From contig JACREQ010000069.1 of the NCBI GenBank assembly GCA_016218155.1, positions 95,311 to 159,310 on the forward strand: a stretch of DNA of 64,000 nt, in the 5' to 3' direction. Every line of letters starts with the position of its first letter. Position 1 is the first letter of the stretch. Of the stretch, positions 11,025-21,876 are shown in pieces. The DNA comes from Bacteroidia bacterium (GTDB lineage Bacteria > Bacteroidota > Bacteroidia > Bacteroidales > GWA2-32-17). The notes beneath the pieces were generated by a model. It had not been told where the DNA came from. It saw only the letters and a list, made by a program, of their open reading frames with translations, and ran no database searches. Position numbers and translations under genes: made by a program.

Positions 11025-14000
11025 ATGAAAAGAATAATTTTTGCAGTATTTCTGTTAATAACTGCTTCAGTTTCTTATTCTCAGTTAACAGTTACAACAG
11101 GTCTTTCTGCCCAACAATTAGCGAATATTCTTGCTGGGTATAATATTCAGGTAACAAATGCCTCTATTAGCGGAAATTCTTTACAAAAAGGAGCTTTTCA
11201 ATATACCGGAACTAATCTGGGAGTTAATTCAGGGGTAATTTTATCAAGTGGTAATGTTATGCAGGCTATTGGTCCAAATAATTCTTCTAGTGGTGCTTCT
11301 ACAGGATTTAACGGTGCTGGAAATCCTTTATTAACAAATCTTGCAGGTTACCAAACATATGATGCTGTTGTATTTCAATTCGATTTTCAGGTACAATCTG
11401 ACCAGATTGAGTTTAAATACATCTTTTTATCTGAAGAGTATAATGAATATGTTGGTATGGGTTATAATGATGTATTTGCTTTTTTTATTAGCGGACCAGG
11501 AATTACAGGTGAAGAAAATTTAGCCGTTGTACCGGGAACAACTTCACCGGTTTCAATAAATTCAATAAATACAGCTAACTACTGGCAGTTTTATCATAAT
11601 AACGAACCGCCAAATACAAACATTCAATATGATGGTTTTACAACTTTAATGACTGCAAAGAAAACAGGACTAATACCTTGTCAAACCTATAGACTAAAAT
11701 TAATGATTGCTGATGGAAGTGATGAAGTTTTAGATACCGGAGTATTACTGCAGGAAAATTCACTTGTTCAGGCTAATGTTTCAGCTACTGCAAATACATT
11801 CAGTGATAATAATACTGCACTTGAAGGTTGTGTTCAGGCAAATTTCACATTTCAGCTTGATAGTGCAATGACGCAAAATACTAGTATTCCGATTGGAATA
11901 GGAGGCTCTGCATTAAACGGAGTTGACTATTCACATGTAGATACGTTAATTGTTATTCCTGCAGGACAAACTTCTGCAACAATAATTATTGATGCCATTG
12001 CAGACGGTATTACAGAAGGTAACGAAACTATTGAAATTTATTACAGTACAGGACCATGTATGCAAAAAGACACAGTGACTTTATTTATAAACGATTATAA
12101 CCTGATTGAATTTACAACTTCTTCTGTAAACAGTTTATGTAACGGATCATCAAATGGCTCTGTAAATATTAATGTTACTGGAGGAATACCACCTTACTAC
12201 GTAACATTAACAGATAGTACAACCGGTATTTCAAGCCAGTATACAACAGTGCCAATAACAGGGTTAAATGCAGCTACTTATTATGTTAATGTTATGGATG
12301 GTTATGGTTGCGTAGCCGAAGATATTGTAAACGGTGCAATGTTTGAAGGTGGAGCGGTTTTTTTACCAGATGGGAATGGCTTTTCTTATTCTACATCGCT
12401 TAACTTATCAGGTTTTGCTCCCGGACAAACATTAACAGATATCAATCAACTTCAATCAATTTGCATTAATATGGAACACTCTTTTATGGGAGATTTGCAA
12501 ATTGTTTTACAGGCTCCTAACGGGACACAAGTAGAATTAAAACATCAGCCAGGAGGTTCTAAGACTAATTTAGGTGAACCAGTAGCTACCGGATCTAATG
12601 ACACACACAGTTGGGATACGACGCCAGGTGTAGGATATGATTATTGCTTTAACCAAAATCCAACTTATGGAACAATGGTTTCTGAAGCTAATAATTATCA
12701 ATACACATATATTACAACTCAGGGAATTTCTCAAACGGATAGTTACCTTCCCGCAGGATCTTATCAATCGCAACAGCCTTTAACAAATTTAATTGGTGTT
12801 CCCTTAAATGGAGCATGGACATTGATTGTTACAGACGAAATTCCTAATAACAACGGTTATGTATTTAACTGGAGTATTAGCTTAACAGCTGAACCACCTG
12901 ATTCTGTTGTTACAGTTTCACAACCATCTCAGCCAACAGTTACAAGTACAAACACCCTTCCTGGTTGCGGAATGAATAATGGTGCTATTAACATTACAGT
13001 AACAGGATCATCAACACCTTATACATACCAATGGAGTAACGGACCTACTACACAAGACATTTCAGGAGTACCTTCCGGAACTTATATTGTAACAATAACT
13101 GGTGCAGACAATTGTTCATATATCAGAACTTATAACTTATCTAATAACGGTACTCTTGCATTAAATGGAACAACTTTACCATCAACATGCACTGGAAGCA
13201 ATAATGGTAGTATAAATCTGACAGTATCTGGAGGTACTTTACCATTTAACTACATTTGGAATAACAGTGCTATTACCGAAGACATTACAGGATTAGCTCC
13301 AGCTAATTATACTGTTACTGTTACAGACTTTAATGGATGCAACGGAATAAAAGAATTTACAATTAACCAGTTGGCTCCAATAGATATTTCAACAAATATA
13401 ACAAATGAAAATTGTGGAGATCATGAAGGAATAATTAACCTTTCATTAACAGGTGGTTCAGGAATATATACTTACAATTGGTCAAATAATGCAACAACCG
13501 AAGATATAACAGACCTTGTACAAGGTAATTATGCTGTTACTGTTACAGATTCGAACAACTGTACTTCATCAGGCAATTTTACAGTAACAAACTATGTTGG
13601 CAATTGCATTCCAAATTGTGATATTAATATAACTAATGCCATAGTTAACAATGAAACATGCGGTAACTCAGCTGGATCAATAAACTTAACAGTGTTCACA
13701 AGTTTTTCACCTTTCACAGTTCAGTGGTCAAATACTTCAACCAATGAAGATATTTATATGTTACACGGTGGAAATTACACAGTAACTATTACCGATGCAG
13801 AATCTTGTCAGATAATAAATACTTATAATATTTTAAATCAAACAGGAACACTTAATGTTTCGGGAGTCTCTGTAACAAATGAAACATGCGGAAATAATAA
13901 CGGAGCAATAAATATTACAGTAACCGGAGGAGCACTACCAAATACTTATTTATGGTCTAATGGAAGCACCTCACAAAACTTAGTGGGAGTTCATGCAGGG

Positions 14001-17000
14001 CATTACTACGTAACAGTTACAGATGCTAATGGTTGTGCAGTATTTGCAGATGCAATAATTAACAATACAACCGGAACTTTAGTTCAAACATTTGGGAACG
14101 TTGTTAATGAAGTTTGTGGAAATCATAATGGCTCAATCGATATTCAAATATCTGGCGGAAGCGGTTCTCTAACCTATTCATGGTCAAACGGAATGTTTTC
14201 ACAAGACCTTATAAATATTGGCGCAGGAACATATTCCTGCACTATTACAGATGCAAATAATTGCAAATTATTCACACCTGCTTATACAGTCCAAAATGAA
14301 TCGGGAACAATGGTATTAGGCTATACAGATATCGACGATGAGATTTGTAATAACAATTCAGGTTTAGTTAATATTACAGTAACAGGTGGAAACATCCCAT
14401 ATACTTATCATTGGTCTAATAATGCAACAACTCAGGATTTAACAAATATTGATGCTGGATCATATTCATGTACTATAACCGATAATCTTGGTTGTGCTTT
14501 ACATACTCCGGTTTATACTGTTATAAATTCTCCCGGAACATTACAATTATCAAATGTTTCAACTATTGATGAATTGTGTAGCAATAACGGTGGTAGTATT
14601 AATCTTACTCTGGCTGGTGGCACAAGTCCCTTAACATACATTTGGAATAATAGCGTTGCATCAGAGGATCTTATTAATATTTCAGCAGGAAATTACTCTT
14701 GTACAATTAGTGATGCTAACAATTGTCAGATTACAGTAAATTCTTCAATTAACAACTTGCAAGGAACATTAAATATTTCCAATTCAATTATTACAAATGA
14801 AAGCTGTGGAAATATCAATGGTCAAATTAACATTGTTACTGGTGGAGGAACAACTCCTTATACATACTTATGGAGTTCGGGACAAACAACTGAAGATTTA
14901 TCAAACATAAGTAGTGGAAACTACATTGTAACAATTAACGATGCACAGGGTTGCAGTATTTCTCATGCTTATACAGTAAACAATATTGCAGGAACGCTGG
15001 CATTAGGAAATACTGTAATTACAAATGAAATTTGCTCAGGCATTAATGGTTCTGTTAATATTTCAGTTACAGGAACTCAAACTCCTTTCAGTTACCTCTG
15101 GAGCAACAGCTCAATTACACAAGATATCTCAGGAATAATTGCAGGTACTTATACATGTACAATTACAGACAACTTAGGTTGCAAAATAATTGCCGGACCT
15201 TATATTGTAAACAACACAGCCCCAGGAATGACCGTAACAACAAACTCAATTAGTTATGAAAATTGCGGAAACGGAACAGGAGCAATAGATATAAGTGTTT
15301 CAGGAGGGATATCTCCTTACACATACATATGGAGCAATTCATCATCAACACAGGATATTTCCGGAGTACATTCAGGAACATACACAGTAACAATTACAGA
15401 CATAAATAACTGTAAAACAATTAAGACTTTTACAATCAATAACAATTCAGGCACACTTAATATTTCGGGAGCAATAATAAATAACGAAACATGTTCAAAC
15501 GGATTAGGAACAATTAATATTACTGTTGCCGGGGGAGGTTCTCCATATACTTACCTTTGGAGTAACGGAGCTACAACTCAGAACTTATCGGGATTACATG
15601 ATGGTATTTATAAAGTTACAATTACCGATGCTTTAACTTGCTCTATTGTGTCAACTAATTATACTGTAAGTAATAGTCCAGGAACGTTTACAATTTCAAA
15701 TACTATTATAACAAATGAAATTTGTAATAACAATAATGGAAGTATTAATATAAGTATATCCGGAGCAACAATGCCTGTTTCATATATCTGGAGTAATAGT
15801 GCAATAACACAAGATATTTCAGGATTAAATTCTGGAAACTACTCCTGTACAGCAACTGATAATAATGGGTGTGAATTAGTAATTTACGAGACAGTTGGAA
15901 ATGATGCCGGAACTTTAACTTTAAACAATTCTATAGTTTCTTATGCTTCTTGTAATGCAGGAAATGGTTTTATTGATATTACAATTGCAGGTGGTACTTT
16001 ACCATATACTTTTTTATGGAGTAATGGAGCATTAACTGAAGATATATCGAATTTAAACAGTGGTACATATACCTGTTTAATTACAGACGCAGCAGGTTGT
16101 ACAATTTCTCACTCAGAAACTTTAAATACTATTGGTAATGCATTGTTAATTACAAATCCAACTATTGTTCATGAACAATGTTCACATAACGATGGGTCTA
16201 TTAATATTTCAGTTTCAGGTGGGGTGGCCCCATATACGTATATCTGGAATAACAGTCAAACTACGCAGGATATTTATAATTTATCTGCAGCTACTTATTC
16301 TGTTACTATAACAGATGTTAATAATTGTACAGTTTCAGGAATTTATAATATTTTAAACAGTAACAGTCTTTCATTTTCTAATGTTTATGTTTATAACGAT
16401 ATCTGCGGAAATAACCAGGGATATATTGAAGTCAGTATATATGGAGGAACATTCCCATATACTTATCTATGGAGTAATAATTCTACATTAGAGGACTTGT
16501 ATTATATTTCCGGCGGAACATACACTATAACAGTAACAGATGGAGTTGGATGTACACTTACTCACACATCAATTGTTAATAATAATACAAACGGATTAGC
16601 AGTTACTAATGCTGTTGTTTCAAATGATTCATGTGGATTAAATAATGGCTCAATAAATCTGACAATTAATGGAGGCACAGGTCCTTACACATACTCATGG
16701 AGTAATAATGAAATATCAGAAGATATTTCTGGTCTTTCTGGTGGAAATTATTCATGTACAATTATGGATAATACCGGCTGTAAGGTATTCTATTCTGCAA
16801 ATATTTTAAATGTAACAAATGGACTTTTAATACAAAACGCTACAATAACAAATGACACATGTAATAGTTATTTAGGTGCTGTAAACATTACTCTTACAGG
16901 GGGAAATATGCCATATCAGTATTTATGGAACAATGGTTCAGTTAATGAAGATTTAAATAATGTAACATCAGGCAATTATATTTTAACAATTACCGATAAT

Positions 17001-18443
17001 AGTGGATGTGCAATTGAATCAAGCTTTCTTGTAAATAATATTTCCAATTCTTCTTTAGGTTTTCAAAACATTTCAATATTTAATGACTATTGCGGAAACA
17101 GTCAAGGAAGCATCACATTTGACCCAGCAGGTACAGGCACTTACACATTTGAACTTAATGGTCATCAGGGAGGACAACCTATTCACGAATTTAATAATCT
17201 TATTGCTGGAAATTATTTACTCGCAATCTGGGAAGGTTCGTGTTATTATGACACAATTGTAACAGTTGGAAATAGCGGAAATTTCTCATCATCAGTAGGC
17301 TTCTATGGAAGTGAATATTGTGGTAATGGTGGCGGTTATATCGACATTAATGTTTTTCCACCGGATAATTATTCTTTTATTTGGAGTAACAATGTGTACA
17401 CAGAAGATAATTTTAATTTAAGTGCAGGAACATATTATTGTACAATTACCGACCAGACAGGCTGTCATAATTACCTTTCTGCAACTATTAATAATGCTGC
17501 AACATTTAATGTTACTACATCTGTTATTAATGAGGTGTGCGGAAATACGAACGGAAGCATAAATTTAACATTAACCGGAAATTATTTAGGTTCTACATTT
17601 ATCTGGAGTAATGGTAGTAATACTCAAAATATTTCCAATATTTCATCAGGTATTTATAATTGTACAATTACAAATTTAAATAACTGCACAGTTACAATTA
17701 GTGCAACAGTGAATAATGCAACCGGAAGTTTTGGGGTTAACTCACAGGTTAATGACGATTTTTGCGGAGAAGGGCAGGGGATGATTGCTTTAAGTACTAT
17801 TGGTGATCCTGGTCCTTATTCTTATATATGGAATACAAGTGAAACTAACGATACGTTATATAATATTCATTCAGGCACTTATTTAGTAACAGTTACTAAT
17901 ATTCCTACAGGATGTAATTATTATAATAGCTTTAATGTTGGAAATTCCGCATTGTTTTCTTTATCAGATGTCATTAATCCATCAAATTGTTTTACTTGTA
18001 ATACCGGTTCTATAGATATTACAACAATAGGCTCCAGCCCAACTTACACATATCTTTGGGGTAATGGAGCAACAAGTGAAGATTTAAATAATTTATTACC
18101 CGGAACTTATTATTTAACAGCTACTGACAATTGGGGATGTATTGTTATAGATTCCTTTGAAGTTGGTTTTTATAACATTATATACGAAGATTTTAATATC
18201 GATTACTTCAATGTATATCCTAATCCATCAAATGGAGTGTTTTATATTGATTATGATTTTGATAAAATGAATGGAAATACAATTGAAATATATGACCTTA
18301 CCGGCAAACTTGCTTTATCTCAAAAACTGATAGAATCAAAAGGGCATATTAAAATTGATCTTCAACAATATCCTAAAGGATTATATTTAATAAGAAAGAT
18401 TAATGGAAATAAGGTATTTAATTATAAAATATCTGTTAATTAA
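11025..18443 (+). CDS. Giant (2472 aa) surface adhesin-like protein: choice-of-anchor L, Calx-beta-like, P-domain, about 24 SprB-type repeats, T9SS CTD
   Basis: FLSEEYNEYVG..YNDVFAFFISGPG; repeats E.C...NGSINI.V.GG..PYTY.WSN...TQDISGL..GTY..TITD..GC; VYPNPSNG CTD. Confidence 0.85.
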   Translation: MKRIIFAVFLLITASVSYSQLTVTTGLSAQQLANILAGYNIQVTNASISGNSLQKGAFQYTGTNLGVNSGVILSSGNVMQAIGPNNSSSGASTGFNGAGNPLLTNLAGYQTYDAVVFQFDFQVQSDQIEFKYIFLSEEYNEYVGMGYNDVFAFFISGPGITGEENLAVVPGTTSPVSINSINTANYWQFYHNNEPPNTNIQYDGFTTLMTAKKTGLIPCQTYRLKLMIADGSDEVLDTGVLLQENSLVQANVSATANTFSDNNTALEGCVQANFTFQLDSAMTQNTSIPIGIGGSALNGVDYSHVDTLIVIPAGQTSATIIIDAIADGITEGNETIEIYYSTGPCMQKDTVTLFINDYNLIEFTTSSVNSLCNGSSNGSVNINVTGGIPPYYVTLTDSTTGISSQYTTVPITGLNAATYYVNVMDGYGCVAEDIVNGAMFEGGAVFLPDGNGFSYSTSLNLSGFAPGQTLTDINQLQSICINMEHSFMGDLQIVLQAPNGTQVELKHQPGGSKTNLGEPVATGSNDTHSWDTTPGVGYDYCFNQNPTYGTMVSEANNYQYTYITTQGISQTDSYLPAGSYQSQQPLTNLIGVPLNGAWTLIVTDEIPNNNGYVFNWSISLTAEPPDSVVTVSQPSQPTVTSTNTLPGCGMNNGAINITVTGSSTPYTYQWSNGPTTQDISGVPSGTYIVTITGADNCSYIRTYNLSNNGTLALNGTTLPSTCTGSNNGSINLTVSGGTLPFNYIWNNSAITEDITGLAPANYTVTVTDFNGCNGIKEFTINQLAPIDISTNITNENCGDHEGIINLSLTGGSGIYTYNWSNNATTEDITDLVQGNYAVTVTDSNNCTSSGNFTVTNYVGNCIPNCDINITNAIVNNETCGNSAGSINLTVFTSFSPFTVQWSNTSTNEDIYMLHGGNYTVTITDAESCQIINTYNILNQTGTLNVSGVSVTNETCGNNNGAINITVTGGALPNTYLWSNGSTSQNLVGVHAGHYYVTVTDANGCAVFADAIINNTTGTLVQTFGNVVNEVCGNHNGSIDIQISGGSGSLTYSWSNGMFSQDLINIGAGTYSCTITDANNCKLFTPAYTVQNESGTMVLGYTDIDDEICNNNSGLVNITVTGGNIPYTYHWSNNATTQDLTNIDAGSYSCTITDNLGCALHTPVYTVINSPGTLQLSNVSTIDELCSNNGGSINLTLAGGTSPLTYIWNNSVASEDLINISAGNYSCTISDANNCQITVNSSINNLQGTLNISNSIITNESCGNINGQINIVTGGGTTPYTYLWSSGQTTEDLSNISSGNYIVTINDAQGCSISHAYTVNNIAGTLALGNTVITNEICSGINGSVNISVTGTQTPFSYLWSNSSITQDISGIIAGTYTCTITDNLGCKIIAGPYIVNNTAPGMTVTTNSISYENCGNGTGAIDISVSGGISPYTYIWSNSSSTQDISGVHSGTYTVTITDINNCKTIKTFTINNNSGTLNISGAIINNETCSNGLGTINITVAGGGSPYTYLWSNGATTQNLSGLHDGIYKVTITDALTCSIVSTNYTVSNSPGTFTISNTIITNEICNNNNGSINISISGATMPVSYIWSNSAITQDISGLNSGNYSCTATDNNGCELVIYETVGNDAGTLTLNNSIVSYASCNAGNGFIDITIAGGTLPYTFLWSNGALTEDISNLNSGTYTCLITDAAGCTISHSETLNTIGNALLITNPTIVHEQCSHNDGSINISVSGGVAPYTYIWNNSQTTQDIYNLSAATYSVTITDVNNCTVSGIYNILNSNSLSFSNVYVYNDICGNNQGYIEVSIYGGTFPYTYLWSNNSTLEDLYYISGGTYTITVTDGVGCTLTHTSIVNNNTNGLAVTNAVVSNDSCGLNNGSINLTINGGTGPYTYSWSNNEISEDISGLSGGNYSCTIMDNTGCKVFYSANILNVTNGLLIQNATITNDTCNSYLGAVNITLTGGNMPYQYLWNNGSVNEDLNNVTSGNYILTITDNSGCAIESSFLVNNISNSSLGFQNISIFNDYCGNSQGSITFDPAGTGTYTFELNGHQGGQPIHEFNNLIAGNYLLAIWEGSCYYDTIVTVGNSGNFSSSVGFYGSEYCGNGGGYIDINVFPPDNYSFIWSNNVYTEDNFNLSAGTYYCTITDQTGCHNYLSATINNAATFNVTTSVINEVCGNTNGSINLTLTGNYLGSTFIWSNGSNTQNISNISSGIYNCTITNLNNCTVTISATVNNATGSFGVNSQVNDDFCGEGQGMIALSTIGDPGPYSYIWNTSETNDTLYNIHSGTYLVTVTNIPTGCNYYNSFNVGNSALFSLSDVINPSNCFTCNTGSIDITTIGSSPTYTYLWGNGATSEDLNNLLPGTYYLTATDNWGCIVIDSFEVGFYNIIYEDFNIDYFNVYPNPSNGVFYIDYDFDKMNGNTIEIYDLTGKLALSQKLIESKGHIKIDLQQYPKGLYLIRKINGNKVFNYKISVN

Positions 18444-18460
18444 AAATTAAACAACAAAAT

Positions 18461-18493
18461 GAAAGGAGGGTTAAATACCCTCTTTTCTTTTTT
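18461..18493. terminator. Intrinsic terminator between convergent genes
   Basis: GAAAGGAGGG-7nt-CCCTCTTTTC followed by T run. Confidence 0.7.
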
Positions 18494-18500
18494 ATAAATT

Positions 18501-19100
18501 TTATTTCCCTTTTCTCCACCTCATAATAGAAGTAATTCCCTGCTTTTTCAAAAGGCTTTGATGAACGGGAAAAACACCTTCACTCACATATTTTAAATCT
18601 TCAACAGAATAGAATGCCTTTGGATTGTGAATTTGAATTAACTCAACAACTTTAGGTAAATCGGCTCTATGAATAGAAGTGAAAATAACATCAACTTTAC
18701 CAATAGCACCTTCGGCAGGAATTGTTGTTATACCAATTTCAGCTTCACGTAATGCATTTTTTAAATCAAAAGCATCTTTGGGAGTAATAATTCTTACAAC
18801 AACATAGCCCATTGCAAGCTTTTCTTCAATCCACATTCCAACATAATTACCTGTTGCAAAACCGGCAGCATATCCAATATAACATGGTAAATTGCTTGCA
18901 TTCTGCATTATTTTCCCAATAACAATTATCCAAATAAATACTTCAAAAAAACCAAGAATGGGAGCGATGTTCTTTTTTCCACGAGAAACAAAAATAATTC
19001 TTAGTGTACCAATTGACACATCGCAAATTCTTGCTGCAAAAATCATTAATGGAAGCACTATATAATTGAAAACGTCTGTATTGTAAAATTCTGTGTTCAT
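18501..19100 (-). CDS. UPF0316 / DUF2179 (DUF5698) membrane protein
   Basis: IFAARICDVSIGTLR, GFFEVFIW, GYAAGFATGNYVG; start placed at ATG 19100 (alternative 19109), downstream of a -7 box. Confidence 0.85.
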   Translation of the reverse strand: MNTEFYNTDVFNYIVLPLMIFAARICDVSIGTLRIIFVSRGKKNIAPILGFFEVFIWIIVIGKIMQNASNLPCYIGYAAGFATGNYVGMWIEEKLAMGYVVVRIITPKDAFDLKNALREAEIGITTIPAEGAIGKVDVIFTSIHRADLPKVVELIQIHNPKAFYSVEDLKYVSEGVFPVHQSLLKKQGITSIMRWRKGK

Positions 19101-19140
19101 AAAATTCATTTTTTGCAAAATTACGTTTTTTATAAATACT

Positions 19141-19167
19141 TGTCATTCTGAACGAAGTGAAGAATCT
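19141..19167 (+). repeat. REP-like palindromic element, copy 1
   Basis: TGTCATTCTGAACGAAGTGAAGAATCT; related copies at 20934 and 47549. Confidence 0.7.
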
Positions 19168-19317
19168 ATATTTTTGACAAATATATAGTTAGCTTTGCTA
19201 AGTTTGACTTTTAAGATGTCTAGTATTTGGATTATACTTAAATAACTAAGCTTTTATAAAGTTTGATTTATTAAAACTTAAAGTATCATTCATTTTTTAA
19301 AGTCTTCAGAAATAGAT

Positions 19318-19325
19318 TACTTTTG
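19318..19325 (+). promoter_or_regulatory. Bacteroidota -7 promoter box for prfC
   Basis: TACTTTTG matches TAnnTTTG, 18 bp before ATG. Confidence 0.6.
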
Positions 19326-19343
19326 CAAATTATTTAAAAATTG

Positions 19344-20924
19344 ATGGATCAGATAAGCGAAATTAAAAGACGACGTACATTTGCAATTGTTAGTCACCCC
19401 GATGCAGGAAAAACAACATTAACAGAAAAATTACTTTTGTTTGGTGGTGCTATTCACGAGGCAGGTGCTGTAAAGTCGAATAAAATTAAGAAAACTACAG
19501 TTTCCGATTTTATGGAAATTGAAAAGCAGCGCGGTATTTCTGTTGCTACTTCAGTAATGGGATTTGAATACAAAGGCTATAAAGTAAATATTCTTGATAC
19601 TCCGGGTCATCAGGATTTTGCCGAAGATACGTACCGTACTTTATCCGCTGTAGATAGCGTTATTATTGTTGTAGATGCTGCAAAAGGTGTTGAAACTCAA
19701 ACTGAAAAACTTTCAAATGTTTGCAGAATGAGAAATACACCCACAATATTTTTCTTAAACAAATTAGATCGCGAAGGATTAGACCCATATAGCTTACTTG
19801 ATGAAATAGAGAAAAAACTAAATATAAGCCTTTGTCCGATGACATGGCCCATTGGAATGGGCAGAACATTCAAAGGTGTTTATAATCTCTATAACGAAAG
19901 CTTGAACCTTTTCAGCGGGCAGGAAAAACAACTTATTGAAGATTCAATAAAAATTGATTCGATTGAAAGTAAGGAATTAGAAAAACATATTGGTGAAGAA
20001 GCTGCTAATAAGTTACGCGAAGATATTGAAGTTGTTAGGGGAGTGTATCCAAAATTAAACAGAGAAGAATATTTGGAAGGGCTTGTTGCACCTGTGTTTT
20101 TTGGTTCAGCATTAAATAATTTTGGTGTAAACGAACTTTTAAATTCATTTTTAGAACAGGCTCCACCACCTTTACCATCAAATACTAATGAAAGAATTGT
20201 TCGACCCGAAGAAGAAAAATTCTCAGGTTTTGTATTTAAAATTCATGCTAATTTACATCCATTGCACCGTGCACGTATAGCTTTTGTTAAAGTGTGTTCA
20301 GGTGTATTTGAACGCAATAAACCATATATGCATGTGCGACAGGGGAAATGGTTAAAATTTTCAAACCCTACTTCGTTCATGGCTGCTAAACAGTCTGTTA
20401 TTGAAGATGCTTACCCTGGCGATATTATTGGACTGCACGATACCGGTAACTTTAAAATTGGCGATTCATTAACTGAGGGCGAAATATTAAATTTTAAAGG
20501 AATTCCAAGTTTTTCGCCAGAATTATTCCGTTATGTTGAAAACAGTGATCCTTTTAAATCCAAACAACTTGCAAAAGGTTTGGAGCAATTAACCGATGAA
20601 GGTGTTGCACAATTGTTTACCCATAAAACTTCAAACCGCAAAATTATTGGTACAGTTGGTGCTCTTCAGTTTGATGTTATACAATTCAGATTATTAAACG
20701 AATATTCTGCTTCATGCAGATACGACTCTATACAACTTCATAAAGCATGTTGGTTTGTTAGTGATAACAAAGCACAAATAGAAGATTTTAAAAAACGCAA
20801 ATACAACTTTTTAGCTGAAGATAAATATGGGAGAGATGTTTTCCTGGCCGATTCTGCCTTTAGCTTAAAAATGGCTCAGGATAATTTCCCGGATATTCAG
20901 TTTTATTTTAAATCAGAGTTTTAA
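19344..20924 (+). CDS. prfC: Peptide chain release factor 3
   Basis: [54 protein letters not shown]. Confidence 0.97.
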   Translation: MDQISEIKRRRTFAIVSHPDAGKTTLTEKLLLFGGAIHEAGAVKSNKIKKTTVSDFMEIEKQRGISVATSVMGFEYKGYKVNILDTPGHQDFAEDTYRTLSAVDSVIIVVDAAKGVETQTEKLSNVCRMRNTPTIFFLNKLDREGLDPYSLLDEIEKKLNISLCPMTWPIGMGRTFKGVYNLYNESLNLFSGQEKQLIEDSIKIDSIESKELEKHIGEEAANKLREDIEVVRGVYPKLNREEYLEGLVAPVFFGSALNNFGVNELLNSFLEQAPPPLPSNTNERIVRPEEEKFSGFVFKIHANLHPLHRARIAFVKVCSGVFERNKPYMHVRQGKWLKFSNPTSFMAAKQSVIEDAYPGDIIGLHDTGNFKIGDSLTEGEILNFKGIPSFSPELFRYVENSDPFKSKQLAKGLEQLTDEGVAQLFTHKTSNRKIIGTVGALQFDVIQFRLLNEYSASCRYDSIQLHKACWFVSDNKAQIEDFKKRKYNFLAEDKYGRDVFLADSAFSLKMAQDNFPDIQFYFKSEF

Positions 20925-20933
20925 TTTATTTTT

Positions 20934-20966
20934 TGTCATTCCGAGCATAGCGAGGAATCTGGTTCG
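20934..20966 (+). repeat. REP-like palindromic element, copy 2
   Basis: TGTCATTCCGAGCATAGCGAGGAATCTGGTTCG. Confidence 0.7.
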
Positions 20967-21151
20967 AGATTAAATTACATTCGTTGAATAAGTTCTTTTC
21001 TCTCGCTAGCATCTTGCGAGTGAGTAGCATATTATGGCATATTGCCAATTTCACACTCGCAGTAAAAACGTTAGTTATGATTTGTGCCTTTGTTAGAATT
21101 ATTTCCAACAAACTAAATAGATTTTAAAATATAAGAAAACTTATCTAAAGT

Positions 21152-21643
21152 CTATACAACCTTAAAAGTATATTTCTTTTGCGAAAAATAGCTTACAAAA
21201 ACAGTAACTATAGAAACTATCATGTTAGAAATGGTAGGATAAAAGTTAAAGCCATCAACCAATAATTTTAATCCTGCATAATTTATCAAAAGATTAATTA
21301 AAAACACAACAAAATAACGGAATAGCTGAACATGTCCGCGTAAATCGGAATCGTTGAAAGTAACATATTTTTGTAACAAAAAACCTGAAAAAAGTACTAT
21401 AGGAAATTTGATACAAAAAGTTGCAATATGTGAGCTTAATGTTATGAAGCCTAAATTAAGCATCTGATGCTGTAAAACAAATGTGTAAATCAGAAAATAC
21501 AGAATCCAGTCAAATACAAGGTTTCCTGCACCGGTAATTCCATATCTGAAAAATTGTAAAGTTGTATATTTTCGAAAAGGGGGATAAAAGAAATCAATAA
21601 TAGTGCGAATCCAGCCACCAATTATTTCAAAAACATTTCTCAC
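21152..21643 (-). CDS. GtrA family membrane protein
   Basis: QFFRYGITG, LQKYVTF, QLFRYF, SYFSQKKYTF; four hydrophobic helices. Confidence 0.85.
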   Translation of the reverse strand: MRNVFEIIGGWIRTIIDFFYPPFRKYTTLQFFRYGITGAGNLVFDWILYFLIYTFVLQHQMLNLGFITLSSHIATFCIKFPIVLFSGFLLQKYVTFNDSDLRGHVQLFRYFVVFLINLLINYAGLKLLVDGFNFYPTISNMIVSIVTVFVSYFSQKKYTFKVV

Positions 21644-21784
21644 TTACAATTAATTTTAACAAATTAAATATGATATTTCATGACCTCAAATATACAAAAT
21701 AATTAATATTCACAATGCTTGAGGCTTAATAAAAGTCATTATTTTAATATTATGGTTTACAATACCATTGTTGGTATTATTTTA

Positions 21785-21833
21785 AATAAAAAACAATAAC
21801 ACAATCTTTCGCGCTTGTGTTATTGTTTTTATT
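21785..21833. terminator. Long hairpin, likely terminator for 21877..23004
   Basis: AAAAACAATAACACAA-10nt-TTGTGTTATTGTTTTT. Confidence 0.65.
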
Positions 21834-21876
21834 AATTAAGAAAAGATATTATTATAATAACATGTAATATTTGTTA

